Source: Candidatus Methylomirabilia bacterium
Lineage (GTDB): Bacteria; Methylomirabilota; Methylomirabilia; Rokubacteriales; CSP1-6
Direction of reading: 5' to 3'
Length of the DNA stretch: 64,000 nucleotides
Assembly: GCA_041492755.1 (NCBI GenBank)
Contig: JBGPXN010000001.1
Span: 32,001 to 96,000, forward strand
Under the pieces are notes generated by a model that was given only the letters and a program-made list of their open reading frames with translations, had not been told where the DNA came from and ran no database searches. Every line of letters begins with the position of its first letter. Position 1 is the stretch's first letter. This document shows positions 1 to 10,288 of this stretch, one piece after another. The translations under genes were made by a program, and so were the position numbers.

Positions 1-71
1 AATCGCCACGCCCAGAGAGAATCGCCCCAGACGGGTTCAAAACACCTTGTTTTGTCGCTAATTACGACCAA

Positions 72-100
72 ACGGTACCATGCGATTTTTCGGATGTAAA
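72..100 (-). promoter_or_regulatory. Putative sigma70 promoter for a gene left of the window (rpsO often follows ribF)
   Basis: Minus strand TTTACA-N17-TACCGT with TGn extension, in an AT-rich gap after the ribF stop. Confidence 0.45.
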
Positions 101-108
101 GGGATGGT

Positions 109-1026
109 TCAGAGCACGCGGCGGGCGTGCTCGACGTCGGCGGCGATCTGGGCCAGGAGCGCATCGACGTTCGGAAACTTCTGCTCGCTCCGGAGCCGCT
201 CGACGAACGCCAGCGTCACCCGCGATCCGTATAGATCACCCGAGAAATCGAGAAGATAAGCCTCCACGGCGAGCACTGTTTCTCCGAACGTCGGGCGCAC
301 GCCGATGTTCACGACGGCGGGCTCCGCGCGGTCCCCCACCCGGGCTCGACACGCGTAGACACCGGCGGGGACGAGCAGGGGCCGCTCGGATTGAACGTTC
401 GCGGTCGGAAACCCCAGTCCACGGCCGCGGCCGGCACCCCGCACCACCTCCCCGGTGATGCTGTACGGCCGGCCGAGATCGCGAGCAGCCCGGGCCACGT
501 CGCCCGCACGCAACGCGCCCCGGATCTCAGAAGACGAGACCGGCACGCCGTCGATGACCAGCGGCGGCACCACGGTGGCCTTGAACCCGAGGCGGGGGGC
601 GAGCTCCTCCAGGAGGCGCGCATCACCACGCGCGCCCCGGCCGAAGGTGTGGTTGTAGCCGACGACCACCTGCTGTGCTCGGAGCCGGCCGTGCAGAACG
701 TCCTTCACGAAGGCCTCGGGCTCCATCCGCGCCAGCTCGAGCGTGAAGGCCAGCACGACGGTGGCGTCGATCCCCCGCTCGCCGATCACGGCCAGCCGCT
801 CGTCGAGTGAGGCGATCGGCGCCGACGCCCGCTGTGGCTGCAACACGTCCATCGGGTGAGGATCGAAGGTGCACGCCACGGCGTCGAGGCCGGCGGCGCG
901 GGCGCGCCGCACGGCGGTGTCGAGGATCGCCTGGTGCCCGAGGTGTACGCCGTCGAAGATGCCGAGGGCGACGGCCGCGGGCGCGGGGTCAGACGGATAC
1001 GACTCGAGGCCCCTGATGGTCCGCAT
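109..1026 (-). CDS. ribF: Bifunctional riboflavin kinase/FAD synthetase
   Basis: GIFDGVHLGHQ, SSSEIR, GRGLGFPTAN, NIGVRPTF motifs. Confidence 0.97.
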   Translation of the reverse strand: MRTIRGLESYPSDPAPAAVALGIFDGVHLGHQAILDTAVRRARAAGLDAVACTFDPHPMDVLQPQRASAPIASLDERLAVIGERGIDATVVLAFTLELARMEPEAFVKDVLHGRLRAQQVVVGYNHTFGRGARGDARLLEELAPRLGFKATVVPPLVIDGVPVSSSEIRGALRAGDVARAARDLGRPYSITGEVVRGAGRGRGLGFPTANVQSERPLLVPAGVYACRARVGDRAEPAVVNIGVRPTFGETVLAVEAYLLDFSGDLYGSRVTLAFVERLRSEQKFPNVDALLAQIAADVEHARRVL

Positions 1027-1918
1027 GGAGGATCCGCACCGGCTTCACCCGGCTGCCGCGCGCCAGCACCTCGCCGATGCCGAGAAGGACGCCCGCCTCG
1101 TCGTGCACGCGCACGAGCGCTCCGTCCGCGGCCACGCCGACCTCCACCGTCTGCCCGTGGACGAACGCGACGGCGCGCCGCTGATCGACGCTCACGGCGG
1201 GCCAATCCGGCAGCGCGGACCCGGGCGGGAGCACGCGCGTCCACAGCGTCGCGGGTTCCTCCGTGCTCAGCGCGGCGGACGCGAGCGCGTCGCTCAACGT
1301 GAAGGCGCCCAACCGCGTTCGGACGAGCCCGGCTACGGCGCCGCCGCAGCCGAGGGCGGCGCCGAGGTCGGCGGCCAGGCTGCGAACGTACGTTCCCTTC
1401 CCGCAGACGACGCGCAGCCGCACCTCGGGAAGCGCGATGGCCTCGACCGTGATCGCGTGCACGACCACGTCTTTGGCCTGCCGCGCGACTTCCACGCCCT
1501 CGCGCGCGAACTCGTACAGGCGCCGGCCCTCGTGGTGCACCGCCGAATACATCGGGGGCAGCTGGCGGATGCGGCCGACGAAGGGGCCGATCGCGATCTC
1601 CAGCGCCGCGCGGTCGAGCGGCGGCACGGGTGCCTCGGCGACGATTCGCCCGGTCAGGTCGTAGGTGTCCGTCGACACGCCGAGGCGGACCGTCACCACG
1701 TATTCCTTGTCGGCGTCGGCCAGGTAGGGCATCAGCTTGGTGGCCTCGCCGATCAGGATCGGCAGGACACCGGTCGCGGATGGATCGAGAGTGCCGGCAT
1801 GGCCGACGCGCTGGGCGCGCAGCCGCCGGCGGACGAGCCGCACGACGTCGAACGACGTGATGCCGGCGGCCTTGTCCGCGACCAGCAGGCCTGACCGCAG
1901 GGCCGCCGCGGTCACCAC
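989..1918 (-). CDS. truB: tRNA pseudouridine(55) synthase
   Basis: GHAGTLDP, PPMYSAV, CGKGTYVRSLA; start uncertain. Confidence 0.96.
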   Translation of the reverse strand: MVTAAALRSGLLVADKAAGITSFDVVRLVRRRLRAQRVGHAGTLDPSATGVLPILIGEATKLMPYLADADKEYVVTVRLGVSTDTYDLTGRIVAEAPVPPLDRAALEIAIGPFVGRIRQLPPMYSAVHHEGRRLYEFAREGVEVARQAKDVVVHAITVEAIALPEVRLRVVCGKGTYVRSLAADLGAALGCGGAVAGLVRTRLGAFTLSDALASAALSTEEPATLWTRVLPPGSALPDWPAVSVDQRRAVAFVHGQTVEVGVAADGALVRVHDEAGVLLGIGEVLARGSRVKPVRILHADHQGPRVVSV

Positions 1919-1973
1919 GGCACTGCGGAGCGTCGCGTTGCGGCGGTCACCCCTGAGCGCAGCGCCCTCGCGG

Positions 1974-2981
1974 TCACGACCGGGCGCCCGCCGGCGCGCC
2001 CAGCGACGCGCGCACCGACTCGAGGACGCGCGGGGTGACGGCGTCGAGCGCGCCGGGAATGCTGCATCCCGCCGCGTTCGGATGGCCGCCGCCGCCGAAA
2101 TTGGCGGCGATGCGGCTCACGTCCACGTCTCCCTTGCCGCGCAGGCTGACTTTCACCTGCCCATCGCGCTCGCGGAGCAGGCAGGCGACACGGACGGAGG
2201 CGATCGACCGCGGATAGTTCACGAGGTCTTCAGCCTCGACGAACGATTCGGGAACCAGGCCGGCCGGCAACGCCAGCCACGCGAGCTGGCCATCGTCGCT
2301 GACCCGGACCCGGCGCAGCACTTCGCCGAGCCATCCGAGCGCGTCGACCGGCCGCCGCTCGTAGAGGCAACCTGCCACGAACGCCGGGTCCGCGCCGGCG
2401 GCGGCCAGCGCGGCCGCGGTGTGGAACGTGCGCGGCGTGACATTGGAATACCGGAACGAGCCGGTGTCGGTGTGGATCGCCGTGTAGAGATTGGTCGCGA
2501 TGGCCGGCGTGAGCGGCGCCCCGAGGGCGGCGAGCAGATCGAACACCATCTCGCCGGTGGCGGCGGCGCCCGGATCGATCCAGTCGACGTCGCCGTAGCG
2601 CCGGTTGTCGTGGTGGTGATCGATGTTCACGATCGTCGCGCCCGTCGCGCGCGCACGCTCCAGCAACCCTTCGGTGCGCGCGGGGTTGGGGCAGTCCGTG
2701 AGCACGGCGACGTCGAACGGACCGGCGACGTCACGGATCGGCGTGTAGCGCTCGACGCCCGGCAGGAAGGCGAGCACGTCCGGCGCGGGGTGCGGGCCAC
2801 CGTAGGCGACCGACCACCCCCGGCTCTCCAGCGCCAGCCCGAGCGCCAGCAGCGTGCCGAGGACGTCGGCGTCGGGATGCACGTGGCCCAGCATGAGCGC
2901 GCGCCCGGCCGGCCGGCGGAACGGGGCAAGGACGCTCTCGGGGATGGCGGGTCCGGCCCCCCGACGGCTAGGTCCCGTCAT
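1974..2981 (-). CDS. nrnA: DHH/DHHA1 oligoribonuclease / pAp phosphatase
   Basis: HVHPDAD, NIDHH, DTGSF, GGGGHPNAAG. Confidence 0.9.
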   Translation of the reverse strand: MTGPSRRGAGPAIPESVLAPFRRPAGRALMLGHVHPDADVLGTLLALGLALESRGWSVAYGGPHPAPDVLAFLPGVERYTPIRDVAGPFDVAVLTDCPNPARTEGLLERARATGATIVNIDHHHDNRRYGDVDWIDPGAAATGEMVFDLLAALGAPLTPAIATNLYTAIHTDTGSFRYSNVTPRTFHTAAALAAAGADPAFVAGCLYERRPVDALGWLGEVLRRVRVSDDGQLAWLALPAGLVPESFVEAEDLVNYPRSIASVRVACLLRERDGQVKVSLRGKGDVDVSRIAANFGGGGHPNAAGCSIPGALDAVTPRVLESVRASLGAPAGARS

Positions 2982-3315
2982 TCAGGTCCTGGAGCAGGCG
3001 CTGGATTTTTGCGGCGTGCTCCATCGAGCGGTCGGGCCGGATGTCGATCTGCGGCGTGACACGCAGATCGAGGTGACTGCGCAGCCAGCTGCGGATGAAC
3101 CCTCGGGCGCTGCCGAGCGCGGCCAGCGAGGCCGCCCACTTTTCCTCGTCCCCCAGAACGGACACGAAGACCTTGGCGACCCGGAGGTCTTTCGACGTCT
3201 CCACATCGGTGACGGTCACGAAGCCCAGACGGGGGTCCTTGAGCTCGCGCTGCAGCAGCATCGAGACTTCTTCCTTGATGAGTTGATTGACACGATCCAG
3301 CCGCTTTCCCTGCAT
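2968..3315 (-). CDS. rbfA: 30S ribosome-binding factor A
   Basis: RLDRVNQLIKEE, LKDPRLGFVTVTDV; start placed at ATG 3315. Confidence 0.96.
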   Translation of the reverse strand: MQGKRLDRVNQLIKEEVSMLLQRELKDPRLGFVTVTDVETSKDLRVAKVFVSVLGDEEKWAASLAALGSARGFIRSWLRSHLDLRVTPQIDIRPDRSMEHAAKIQRLLQDLNDGT

Positions 3316-3605
3316 CAGAGCATCTCCACCGAGACGTCGATCACCATGCCATCGACGTTGGCCTCGATGAACTCGAGTGCCTTGGACACCACTTCGTTGG
3401 CATGGCGGGATTCGTGGGAGACACACACCACCGCGAGCGTGGCGCGCTGCCACAGGTCGTGATGGTCGACCTCGGCCACCGCGACTTCGAAACGCTGCCG
3501 GACCTTTTCCTTCAGCCCCTTGAGGACGTGCCGCTTGCCCTTGAGGGAGTCGACGTCCGGGAGGTGCAGCTCGACGGTGCCGAGAGCCACCCGCGCGACC
3601 GACAT
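3315..3605 (-). CDS. DUF503 (YlxP) family protein
   Basis: SLKGKR, VAEVDHHDLWQRA; usual position between infB and rbfA. Confidence 0.9.
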   Translation of the reverse strand: MSVARVALGTVELHLPDVDSLKGKRHVLKGLKEKVRQRFEVAVAEVDHHDLWQRATLAVVCVSHESRHANEVVSKALEFIEANVDGMVIDVSVEML

Positions 3606-3623
3606 CTTCCTCTCCGTGCGGGG

Positions 3624-6197
3624 CTAGAGCGTGCGCGCGATTTCCTCGGTCGTGAAGACCTCGAGAATGTCGCCCTGCTGCACCCCGCTCACGCCGTCGA
3701 CGCCGATGCCGCACTCGAGACCGGCCAGCACCTCGCGCGCCTCATCCTTGAACCGTTTGAGGGAGCCGACCGTTCCGTCGCCGATGACGGTGTCGCCCCG
3801 CCGCACCCGAATCCGGGCGTTGCGAACAATCTTGCCCTCCTGCACGTACGAGCCGGCGATCGGGCCCAGCTTCGAGATCACGAAGACCTGGCGCACCTGG
3901 GCGCGGCCAAGGATCGTCTCGCGGATCTCCGGAGCCAGCATGCCGGCCAGCGCGGCCTTCAGGTCGTTGATGGCCTCGTAGATGATGTTGTAGTGGCGGA
4001 GGTCGACGCCGTTGGCCTGGGCCTGGCTGGCCGCTTTCGGCTCCGCCTTGACGTTGAAGCCGAGCACGATGGCGCTCGAAGCCGACGCCAGCATGACGTC
4101 GCTCTCGTTGATCGCGCCCACCGAGCTGTGGATGACCTTCAGCTTGACTTCTTCGGTGGACAACCGCTCCAGCGACTCCGTGAGGGCTTCCACCGACCCC
4201 TGGACGTCCGCCTTGAGGATGAGCCGAAGCTCCTTGACCTCGCCCGACACGATCTGCTTCTGCAGACCCTCGAGGGTGATGCGGGTCGACGCCTTGCCCT
4301 TCGCCTTCTCCTTGTCCTGACGCATGCCCGCGATCTGCCGGGCCTTGCGCTCGTCGGAGACGGCGACCAGGACGTCGCCCGCCGACGGCACACCGCTCAG
4401 GCCCAGGATCTCCACCGGGTCCGAGGGACCGGCCTCCTTCGTCTTGCGTCCGAACGGATCCACGAGCGCGCGCACGCGCCCGGAGTGGGCGCCGACGACG
4501 ACCGCCTCACCCTCGTGCAGCGTGCCGTTCTGGATGAGGACGGTCGCGACCGGACCGCGGCCGCGATCGAGCCGGCTCTCGATGATGACGCCCTTGGCGG
4601 AGCGGGCGGGGTTCGCCTTGAGCTCGAGGATCTCCGCCTGCAGGGCGGACATTTCGAGCAGCTGCTCGATGCCCGTCCCCTTCTTCGCCGAGGTGGACAC
4701 GAAGATCGTCTGTCCGCCCCATTCCTCCGGCACCAGCGCGTGGTTGGCGAGCTCGCGCTTCACCCGCTCGGGGTCCGCCTCCGGCTTGTCGATCTTGTTC
4801 ACGGCCACGATGATCGGCACGTTGGCGGCGCGGGCGTGGTTGATGGCCTCCACTGTCTGCGGCATGACGCCGTCGTCGGCGGCCACCACGAGGATGACGA
4901 TGTCGGTCGCCTGCGCGCCGCGCGCCCGCATGGCGGTGAACGCTTCGTGACCGGGCGTGTCCAGGAAGGTCACCTTGCCATGCGACGTCATGACCTGGTA
5001 CGCGCCGATGTGCTGGGTGATGCCTCCCGCTTCCTTCTCCGCCACCTTCGTGCGTCGGATGGCATCGAGGAGCGACGTCTTGCCGTGGTCGACGTGACCC
5101 ATGACGGTGACCACCGGCGGCCGCAAGCTGAGCTGACCGGCGTCGGCCTCCTCTTCCTCGAGGACATCGCCTTCCACCGAGCGGATCTCGAGATCGAAGC
5201 CGAACTTGTCGGCGGCGAGCTTGGCCGCGGTGGGATCGAGCAACTCGTTCACCGTCGCCATCACACCGAGCTCGAGCAGCGCCTTGATCACCTCGCCCGA
5301 CTTCCGCCGCATCTTCTCCGCCAGCTCGGCCACCGTGACCGATTCCCCCACACGGACGACTTCCCGCTTGACGTCGACGGCCGGCGCGGGCGGCGGCGGC
5401 GGTGGTTCGACAACGGCCACGGCCGCTGGCGAAACGACCCCCGGGCGGAGGGGTTCAACCGCGAGTGGCGCGGGCGCGCTCGCGGCCTGCGCCACCGGCG
5501 CGGGTTCCCGCCGGGGTGGCGGCAGTGGCGGCGTAAGCCGCGGAGGCCCGACGGTGATGCGCGGCGGCGCGAACGGACCGACGGGCTGCCGCGACGGCCG
5601 CGACGGCGGCGCGGCCGGGCGTTCGAGCGGCCGGAACGGCACGATCTTCGGCTCCGGCTTCCGCGGCGTCCCCGGCGCCGGCGGCGGCGTGGTCACGACT
5701 GGCTTCGGAGACCACGGCAGCTCGACAATCGGAGGCGCAGCAGGAGAAGCCACCGCCGCCGGCGTGAGCTCCACGGGTTCCGGCGGCTTGACGACGACCG
5801 GCAGCTCCGGTGCGACTTCAACCGGCGGTGCTTCCGTCGTCTCGGCAGGCTTCGGCTTCACGATCGTCGCCGTCGGACGGAGCTCGAGGGGGGTGTCCTC
5901 GGTCTCCGCGGTCTTGACCTTCCTCGCTCGCGGTGACTTCGTCAGGAGCGCGGCGGCGTCGCCCGTGCCGCCTTCCTCCGGCGCCTTCGCGCGGGCCGGT
6001 CGCTTCGGCTTCGGCTCCTCCGGCAGCTCGCGGCCTTTGCCGAGCTTCACGCGCAGCGAATTGGCGAGGGTGGCCTCGAGTGGGGTCATGGCGCGCACGC
6101 CCTTGTGCCCCATCTCCTCGGCGGCCAGCATCAGATCCTTGCTGGTCACGCCAAGCTCCTTGGCGAGTTCGATCACCTTTATCTTTGTCGCTGCCAA
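3624..6197 (-). CDS. infB: Translation initiation factor IF-2
   Basis: [32 protein letters not shown]; Pro-rich N-terminal linker; TTG start. Confidence 0.98.
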   Translation of the reverse strand: MAATKIKVIELAKELGVTSKDLMLAAEEMGHKGVRAMTPLEATLANSLRVKLGKGRELPEEPKPKRPARAKAPEEGGTGDAAALLTKSPRARKVKTAETEDTPLELRPTATIVKPKPAETTEAPPVEVAPELPVVVKPPEPVELTPAAVASPAAPPIVELPWSPKPVVTTPPPAPGTPRKPEPKIVPFRPLERPAAPPSRPSRQPVGPFAPPRITVGPPRLTPPLPPPRREPAPVAQAASAPAPLAVEPLRPGVVSPAAVAVVEPPPPPPAPAVDVKREVVRVGESVTVAELAEKMRRKSGEVIKALLELGVMATVNELLDPTAAKLAADKFGFDLEIRSVEGDVLEEEEADAGQLSLRPPVVTVMGHVDHGKTSLLDAIRRTKVAEKEAGGITQHIGAYQVMTSHGKVTFLDTPGHEAFTAMRARGAQATDIVILVVAADDGVMPQTVEAINHARAANVPIIVAVNKIDKPEADPERVKRELANHALVPEEWGGQTIFVSTSAKKGTGIEQLLEMSALQAEILELKANPARSAKGVIIESRLDRGRGPVATVLIQNGTLHEGEAVVVGAHSGRVRALVDPFGRKTKEAGPSDPVEILGLSGVPSAGDVLVAVSDERKARQIAGMRQDKEKAKGKASTRITLEGLQKQIVSGEVKELRLILKADVQGSVEALTESLERLSTEEVKLKVIHSSVGAINESDVMLASASSAIVLGFNVKAEPKAASQAQANGVDLRHYNIIYEAINDLKAALAGMLAPEIRETILGRAQVRQVFVISKLGPIAGSYVQEGKIVRNARIRVRRGDTVIGDGTVGSLKRFKDEAREVLAGLECGIGVDGVSGVQQGDILEVFTTEEIARTL

Positions 6198-6441
6198 AGC
6201 CCCCTCACCTCCTCGACCAGGTCCATCCGCATCTCACAAGGCTTCCTGAATGCCTGCGCGAGTCGTCGCGACACGAGCGCACGCCCCCAACACGCCGGCT
6301 CTCCGCACACGTAGGCGCCACGTCCGGGCACAACGCCGCGGGCGTCCACCCGGACCACACCGTCTGCGGCCCGCACGAGTCGAACGAGCTGCCGCTTCGG
6401 CTTGACCTGCCGGCACCCGAGACAGGTACGCCGTGGCTCAT
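6179..6441 (-). CDS. ylxR: YlxR/RnpM family protein, with no in-frame canonical start codon (see findings)
   Basis: PRRTCLGCR...LVRLVR...GRGAYVC in one frame, between nusA and infB; ATG 6441 is out of frame. Confidence 0.8.
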
Positions 6442-6455
6442 CGCCGTCGCCGCCG

Positions 6456-7610
6456 TCACCCGTTGACCGCGCCGTCCGCGGGCCCCGGGGTCGCGTCCTG
6501 GATCTCCGTGGCCGGCTCGCCGGCGGCCTCCGTCGGCCGCTCGCCGCCGGACTCCGACCGCGCCGCCTCGACCTCGGCCTCGCTCTTGATGTCGATGCGC
6601 ATGCCGGTGAGCTTGGCCGCCAGCCGCGCGTTCTGTCCCTTCTTACCGATCGCCAGCGAAAGCTGGTTGTCGGGAACGACGACCAGCGCGGCCAGGCCTT
6701 CCGTGTCGGGCTCGTCGACCACCGTGACCGAGGAAACCTTGGCCGGCGAGAGCGCGCGGGCGACGAACGTCACCGGATCCTCCGACCACTCGATGATATC
6801 GATCTTTTCCCCCCGCAGCTCGCGGCTGATCACCTGGATCCGGGTGCCACGGAGCCCGACGCAGGCGCCGATCGGGTCGACGTCGCGCTTGGTGGACGCC
6901 ACCGCGATCTTCGCGCGTTCACCGGCCTCACGGGCCGCGGCCTTCACGAGGACGATCCCTTCCTGGATCTCGGGGATCTCGGTTTCGAACAACCGCACCA
7001 GGTAGCCTGGATGCGTCCGGGACAGCGTGATTTGCGGTCCCTTTGCCGTCCGTCGCACTTCGAGCACGTAGGCGCGCAAGCGATCGCCGGGGTTGTAGCG
7101 CTCCCCCGGGATCTGCTCGCGATCGGGCAGGATGGCCTCGCCCTTGCCGATCTCGACGATGACGTTGCGCTTCTCGATCCGGTGCACCACCCCGCGCAGG
7201 ATCTGGCCCTCGCGGCCCGCGAACTCGGCGTAGATCCGGTCGCGCTCGGCATCGCGGACGCGCTGGAGGATCACCTGCTTGGCCGTCTGCGCGGCGATGC
7301 GACCGAACTCTTGAGGCGGCAGCTCCTGCTCGAGCTCGTCACCGATCTCGGCTTCGGCGTTCAGCGCCTTGGCCTCGGCCAGACTGAGCTCGATCTTCGG
7401 GTCGGCCACCTCCTCGACCACCGTCTTCCGCCCGTAGACCTTGACCGCGCCGGTCTTGCGGTCGATCTGCATGCGGATGTTGTCGGCGGCGCCGAGGTTC
7501 TTGCGCGACGCCGAGAGCAGGGCAGACTCCAGCGCTTCGAAGAGAACCTCAGGTTCGATTCCCTTCTCGCGACCGATCTGCTCGATCACCATCAGCAATT
7601 CGCGATTCAT
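6456..7610 (-). CDS. nusA: Transcription termination/antitermination factor NusA
   Basis: FGRIAAQTAKQVI, DPIGACVG, SLAIGKKGQNARLAAKLTG. Confidence 0.98.
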   Translation of the reverse strand: MNRELLMVIEQIGREKGIEPEVLFEALESALLSASRKNLGAADNIRMQIDRKTGAVKVYGRKTVVEEVADPKIELSLAEAKALNAEAEIGDELEQELPPQEFGRIAAQTAKQVILQRVRDAERDRIYAEFAGREGQILRGVVHRIEKRNVIVEIGKGEAILPDREQIPGERYNPGDRLRAYVLEVRRTAKGPQITLSRTHPGYLVRLFETEIPEIQEGIVLVKAAAREAGERAKIAVASTKRDVDPIGACVGLRGTRIQVISRELRGEKIDIIEWSEDPVTFVARALSPAKVSSVTVVDEPDTEGLAALVVVPDNQLSLAIGKKGQNARLAAKLTGMRIDIKSEAEVEAARSESGGERPTEAAGEPATEIQDATPGPADGAVNG

Positions 7611-8083
7611 TCCCCCGACTTCACCCGCGGCCACGGCACGTCCGCGTCCAGCCGCGCCTTCGTCACGCTCGGGCGTGGCACCTCGATCCGGTCACTGTCG
7701 CGCTCGAGCACCAACCGGTCCGGCCCCACGTGCGCGAGCCGTCCCCGCAACTCCTCGCCGCCGGCCAGCCAGCACTGCACGCGCTTGCCCACCGCCCACC
7801 TGAACTCGCGGTCTGAGCGCAGGAGCCGGTCCAGCCCCGGCGACGATACCTCCAAATCATACGGGTCCGCGATCGCCCCTTCTGCATCGAGCAGGTGACC
7901 GATCTCTCGGCTCACGCGCTCACAGTCGCCGATCCCCACACCTTCCGGCTTGTCCACGAAGACGCGGAGCACGGACCGCGGGCGCCGGGGGCGCCATTCG
8001 AGATCGACGAGCTCCAATCCGTGATCGCGGAGCACGGGCAGGATGATGTTCTCGATCCGGCCCCCGTGCTCGTCATCCATCAT
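7607..8083 (-). CDS. rimP: Ribosome maturation factor RimP
   Basis: DCERVSREI, YDLEVSSPGLDR. Confidence 0.95.
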   Translation of the reverse strand: MMDDEHGGRIENIILPVLRDHGLELVDLEWRPRRPRSVLRVFVDKPEGVGIGDCERVSREIGHLLDAEGAIADPYDLEVSSPGLDRLLRSDREFRWAVGKRVQCWLAGGEELRGRLAHVGPDRLVLERDSDRIEVPRPSVTKARLDADVPWPRVKSGE

Positions 8084-8101
8084 TGGCGTGCCCACGAAAT
8101 C

Positions 8102-8127
8102 AAAAAAGTGGGCAACGCCCACTTTTT
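8102..8127 (-). terminator. rimP-leader hairpin / intrinsic terminator
   Basis: AAAAAA-GTGGGC-aac-GCCCAC-TTTTT between proS and rimP; TGcTAAAGT -10-like element just upstream on minus strand. Confidence 0.7.
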
Positions 8128-8162
8128 CAGGACTTTAGCACGTGCCGGCGCGGGAGGCAAGT

Positions 8163-9851
8163 TCAGGAGGTCGCGAGCACCTCGCGGATGGCGTCGAGGA
8201 CGGCATCTTTGCCGACCTTCCGGTCCTGGCGAGTGCGCCGGGCGCGCACCTCGCAGAGCCCTTCCTTGACCCAGGCGTTGCCGATGGTCACGCGGGCGGG
8301 GATGCCGAGGAGATCGGCGTCCTTGAACTTCACGCCCGGGCGCTCGTCGCGATCGTCGAGCAACACGTCCAGACCCGCCTGCGTGCAGGCGGCGTAGATC
8401 TCGTCGGCCGCCGTGGCCTGGGCCTGATCCTTGACGTTGATGACGACGAGGTGGACGTGGAAGGGGGCGATGCCGGCCGGCCAGACGATCCCGTCGGCGT
8501 CCGCTCGCTGCTCGATGGCGGCGGCCGCGATGCGCGCGGGGCCGATTCCATAGCTGCCCATGACGACCGGACGGGTTTTCCCGGCCTCGTCCAGGTAGGT
8601 GGCGCCGAGAGCGTCGGAGAAGCGCGTCCCGAGCTTGAAGATGTTGCCGACTTCGATCACCCGCTCGATCGCGAGCGGTGCGCCGCACTGCGGGCAGCCC
8701 TCCCCCGCCAGGGCCGTGTGGAGATCGACGAAGCGGACTTCGAAGTCGCGGCCGACGGTGACACCGCGCGTGTGAAATCCGTCGCGATTCGCCCCGACGA
8801 CGTACTGGCCTTCGCGCAGCGTGTCGTCGGCGAGAATCGGCACGCGGGCACCGAGCGGCCCGACCGAGCCCACCGGCACGCCGAGATGCTGCGGCACCTC
8901 GTCCGGGTGCGCGGCGCGACACTCCTCGCCCATCGCGCGCATGAGCTTGCGCTCGTGGAGGCTGTGATCGCCCCGCAGCATGACGAGCACCGGCCCGGCC
9001 TTGGGCGCAACGTAGAGGAGCGACTTCGCGGTGAGCCGCGGGTCGATCTTCAAGAATGCCGCGACCTCCGCGATGGTGCGTGCCCCCGGCGTGGCGACCT
9101 CGTCGCGCGGCGCCGCGGGGAACTCGGGCGCGCGCGGGACCGCGCGGGCCAGCTCGACGTTCGCGGCGTAGCCGCAGGTGGCGCACATCGCAATCTCGTC
9201 TTCGCCGGCCGCGCTGGGCGCCATGAACTCGTGCGCGCTCTTGCCGCCCATCATGCCGGTGTCCGACTGCACGACGTGGAACCGCAATCCGGAGCGCTCG
9301 AAGATCCGCCGGTAGGCGTGCTCGTGCGCGGCGTACGAACGGTCGAGGGCCGCGTCGTCGGCATCCAGCGTGTAGGAGTCCTTCATGACGAACTCGCGCG
9401 TGCGCAACACACCCGAGCGCGGCCGGGCTTCGTCGCGCTCCTTCGTCTGGATCTGGTACCAGATCTGCGGCAGGTCGCGGTAGGAGCGGATCTCGCGGGA
9501 GGCCAGCCAGGCGACGACCTCTTCGTGCGTCATCCCGAGACACATGTCCCGCCCGTGCCGATCTCGCAACTTGAACATCTCGGGAATGCCGTCCCACCGT
9601 CCCGACTGCTTCCAGATCTCGGCGGGATGGATGACGGGCATGGTGATCTCCTGCCCACCGATCGCGTTCATCTCCTCCCGGATGATAGCGGTGATCTTGT
9701 CGAGCACGCGCTGGCCGATGGGCAGCCACACGAACACGCCCGCCGCGAGCTGGCGCACGAGGCCGGCCCGCAGCATCAGCTTGTGACTGAGCGCCTCCGC
9801 CTCGGCCGGCTCCTCGCGGAGGGTGGGAACCAGGGACTTGGACAGCCGCAT
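8163..9851 (-). CDS. proS: Proline--tRNA ligase (with editing insertion)
   Basis: MRLSKSLVPTLRE, MTHEE, RDEARPRSG, EVGNIFKLG, MGSYGIG. Confidence 0.98.
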   Translation of the reverse strand: MRLSKSLVPTLREEPAEAEALSHKLMLRAGLVRQLAAGVFVWLPIGQRVLDKITAIIREEMNAIGGQEITMPVIHPAEIWKQSGRWDGIPEMFKLRDRHGRDMCLGMTHEEVVAWLASREIRSYRDLPQIWYQIQTKERDEARPRSGVLRTREFVMKDSYTLDADDAALDRSYAAHEHAYRRIFERSGLRFHVVQSDTGMMGGKSAHEFMAPSAAGEDEIAMCATCGYAANVELARAVPRAPEFPAAPRDEVATPGARTIAEVAAFLKIDPRLTAKSLLYVAPKAGPVLVMLRGDHSLHERKLMRAMGEECRAAHPDEVPQHLGVPVGSVGPLGARVPILADDTLREGQYVVGANRDGFHTRGVTVGRDFEVRFVDLHTALAGEGCPQCGAPLAIERVIEVGNIFKLGTRFSDALGATYLDEAGKTRPVVMGSYGIGPARIAAAAIEQRADADGIVWPAGIAPFHVHLVVINVKDQAQATAADEIYAACTQAGLDVLLDDRDERPGVKFKDADLLGIPARVTIGNAWVKEGLCEVRARRTRQDRKVGKDAVLDAIREVLATS

Positions 9852-9879
9852 CGCTAGGAGTCCGTCCGGGTAACGCGGT

Positions 9880-9955
9880 GTCGAGGAGCGCCCCGGCTCC
9901 GCCGGGGTGCTGCCGAGAGCTGGGGGGTGTGGGGGGCCATGTCTGGGCCCCCCAC
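9880..9955 (-). repeat. REP-like two-hairpin element, locus 1
   Basis: gagcgccccggc-tcc-gccggggtgct plus ggggggcc-atgtctg-ggcccccc (plus strand), abutting the ferredoxin stop. Confidence 0.85.
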
Positions 9956-10288
9956 CTAGTGGGCGTCGGGCGTCTTGTTGGCCCCCTTCACCCCCGGGTC
10001 GTAGCGCAGGCGCTCCACGGGCTTGCCGCCCAGGATGTGGGACTTCAAGATCTCGGGCAGGTCGCTCTCCTGCACGCCGTGGTACCAGACGTCGTCGGGA
10101 TAGACGACGATCATCGGCCCGTGGCCGCACTGCGAGAAGCAGCCGGCCTTGTTGACGCGGACGTCGGTCTTGAGCCCGGCCTTGACGGCTTCTCCCCGCA
10201 GATACTTCACGTACTCCTCGACGTTGCCGCGGGTCGGGCAGTCCTCCCCGCTCGTGCAGACGAAGACGTGCGTCTTGTACTGGCCCAT
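9956..10288 (-). CDS. Thioredoxin-like [2Fe-2S] ferredoxin
   Basis: HVFVC...C, GCFSQCGHGP, VYPDDVWY. Confidence 0.9.
   Translation of the reverse strand: MGQYKTHVFVCTSGEDCPTRGNVEEYVKYLRGEAVKAGLKTDVRVNKAGCFSQCGHGPMIVVYPDDVWYHGVQESDLPEILKSHILGGKPVERLRYDPGVKGANKTPDAH

Noticed and set aside
5380..6020. Low-complexity Pro/Ala-rich stretch
   Set aside because: Normal variable IF-2 N-terminal linker with no discrete repeat unit.
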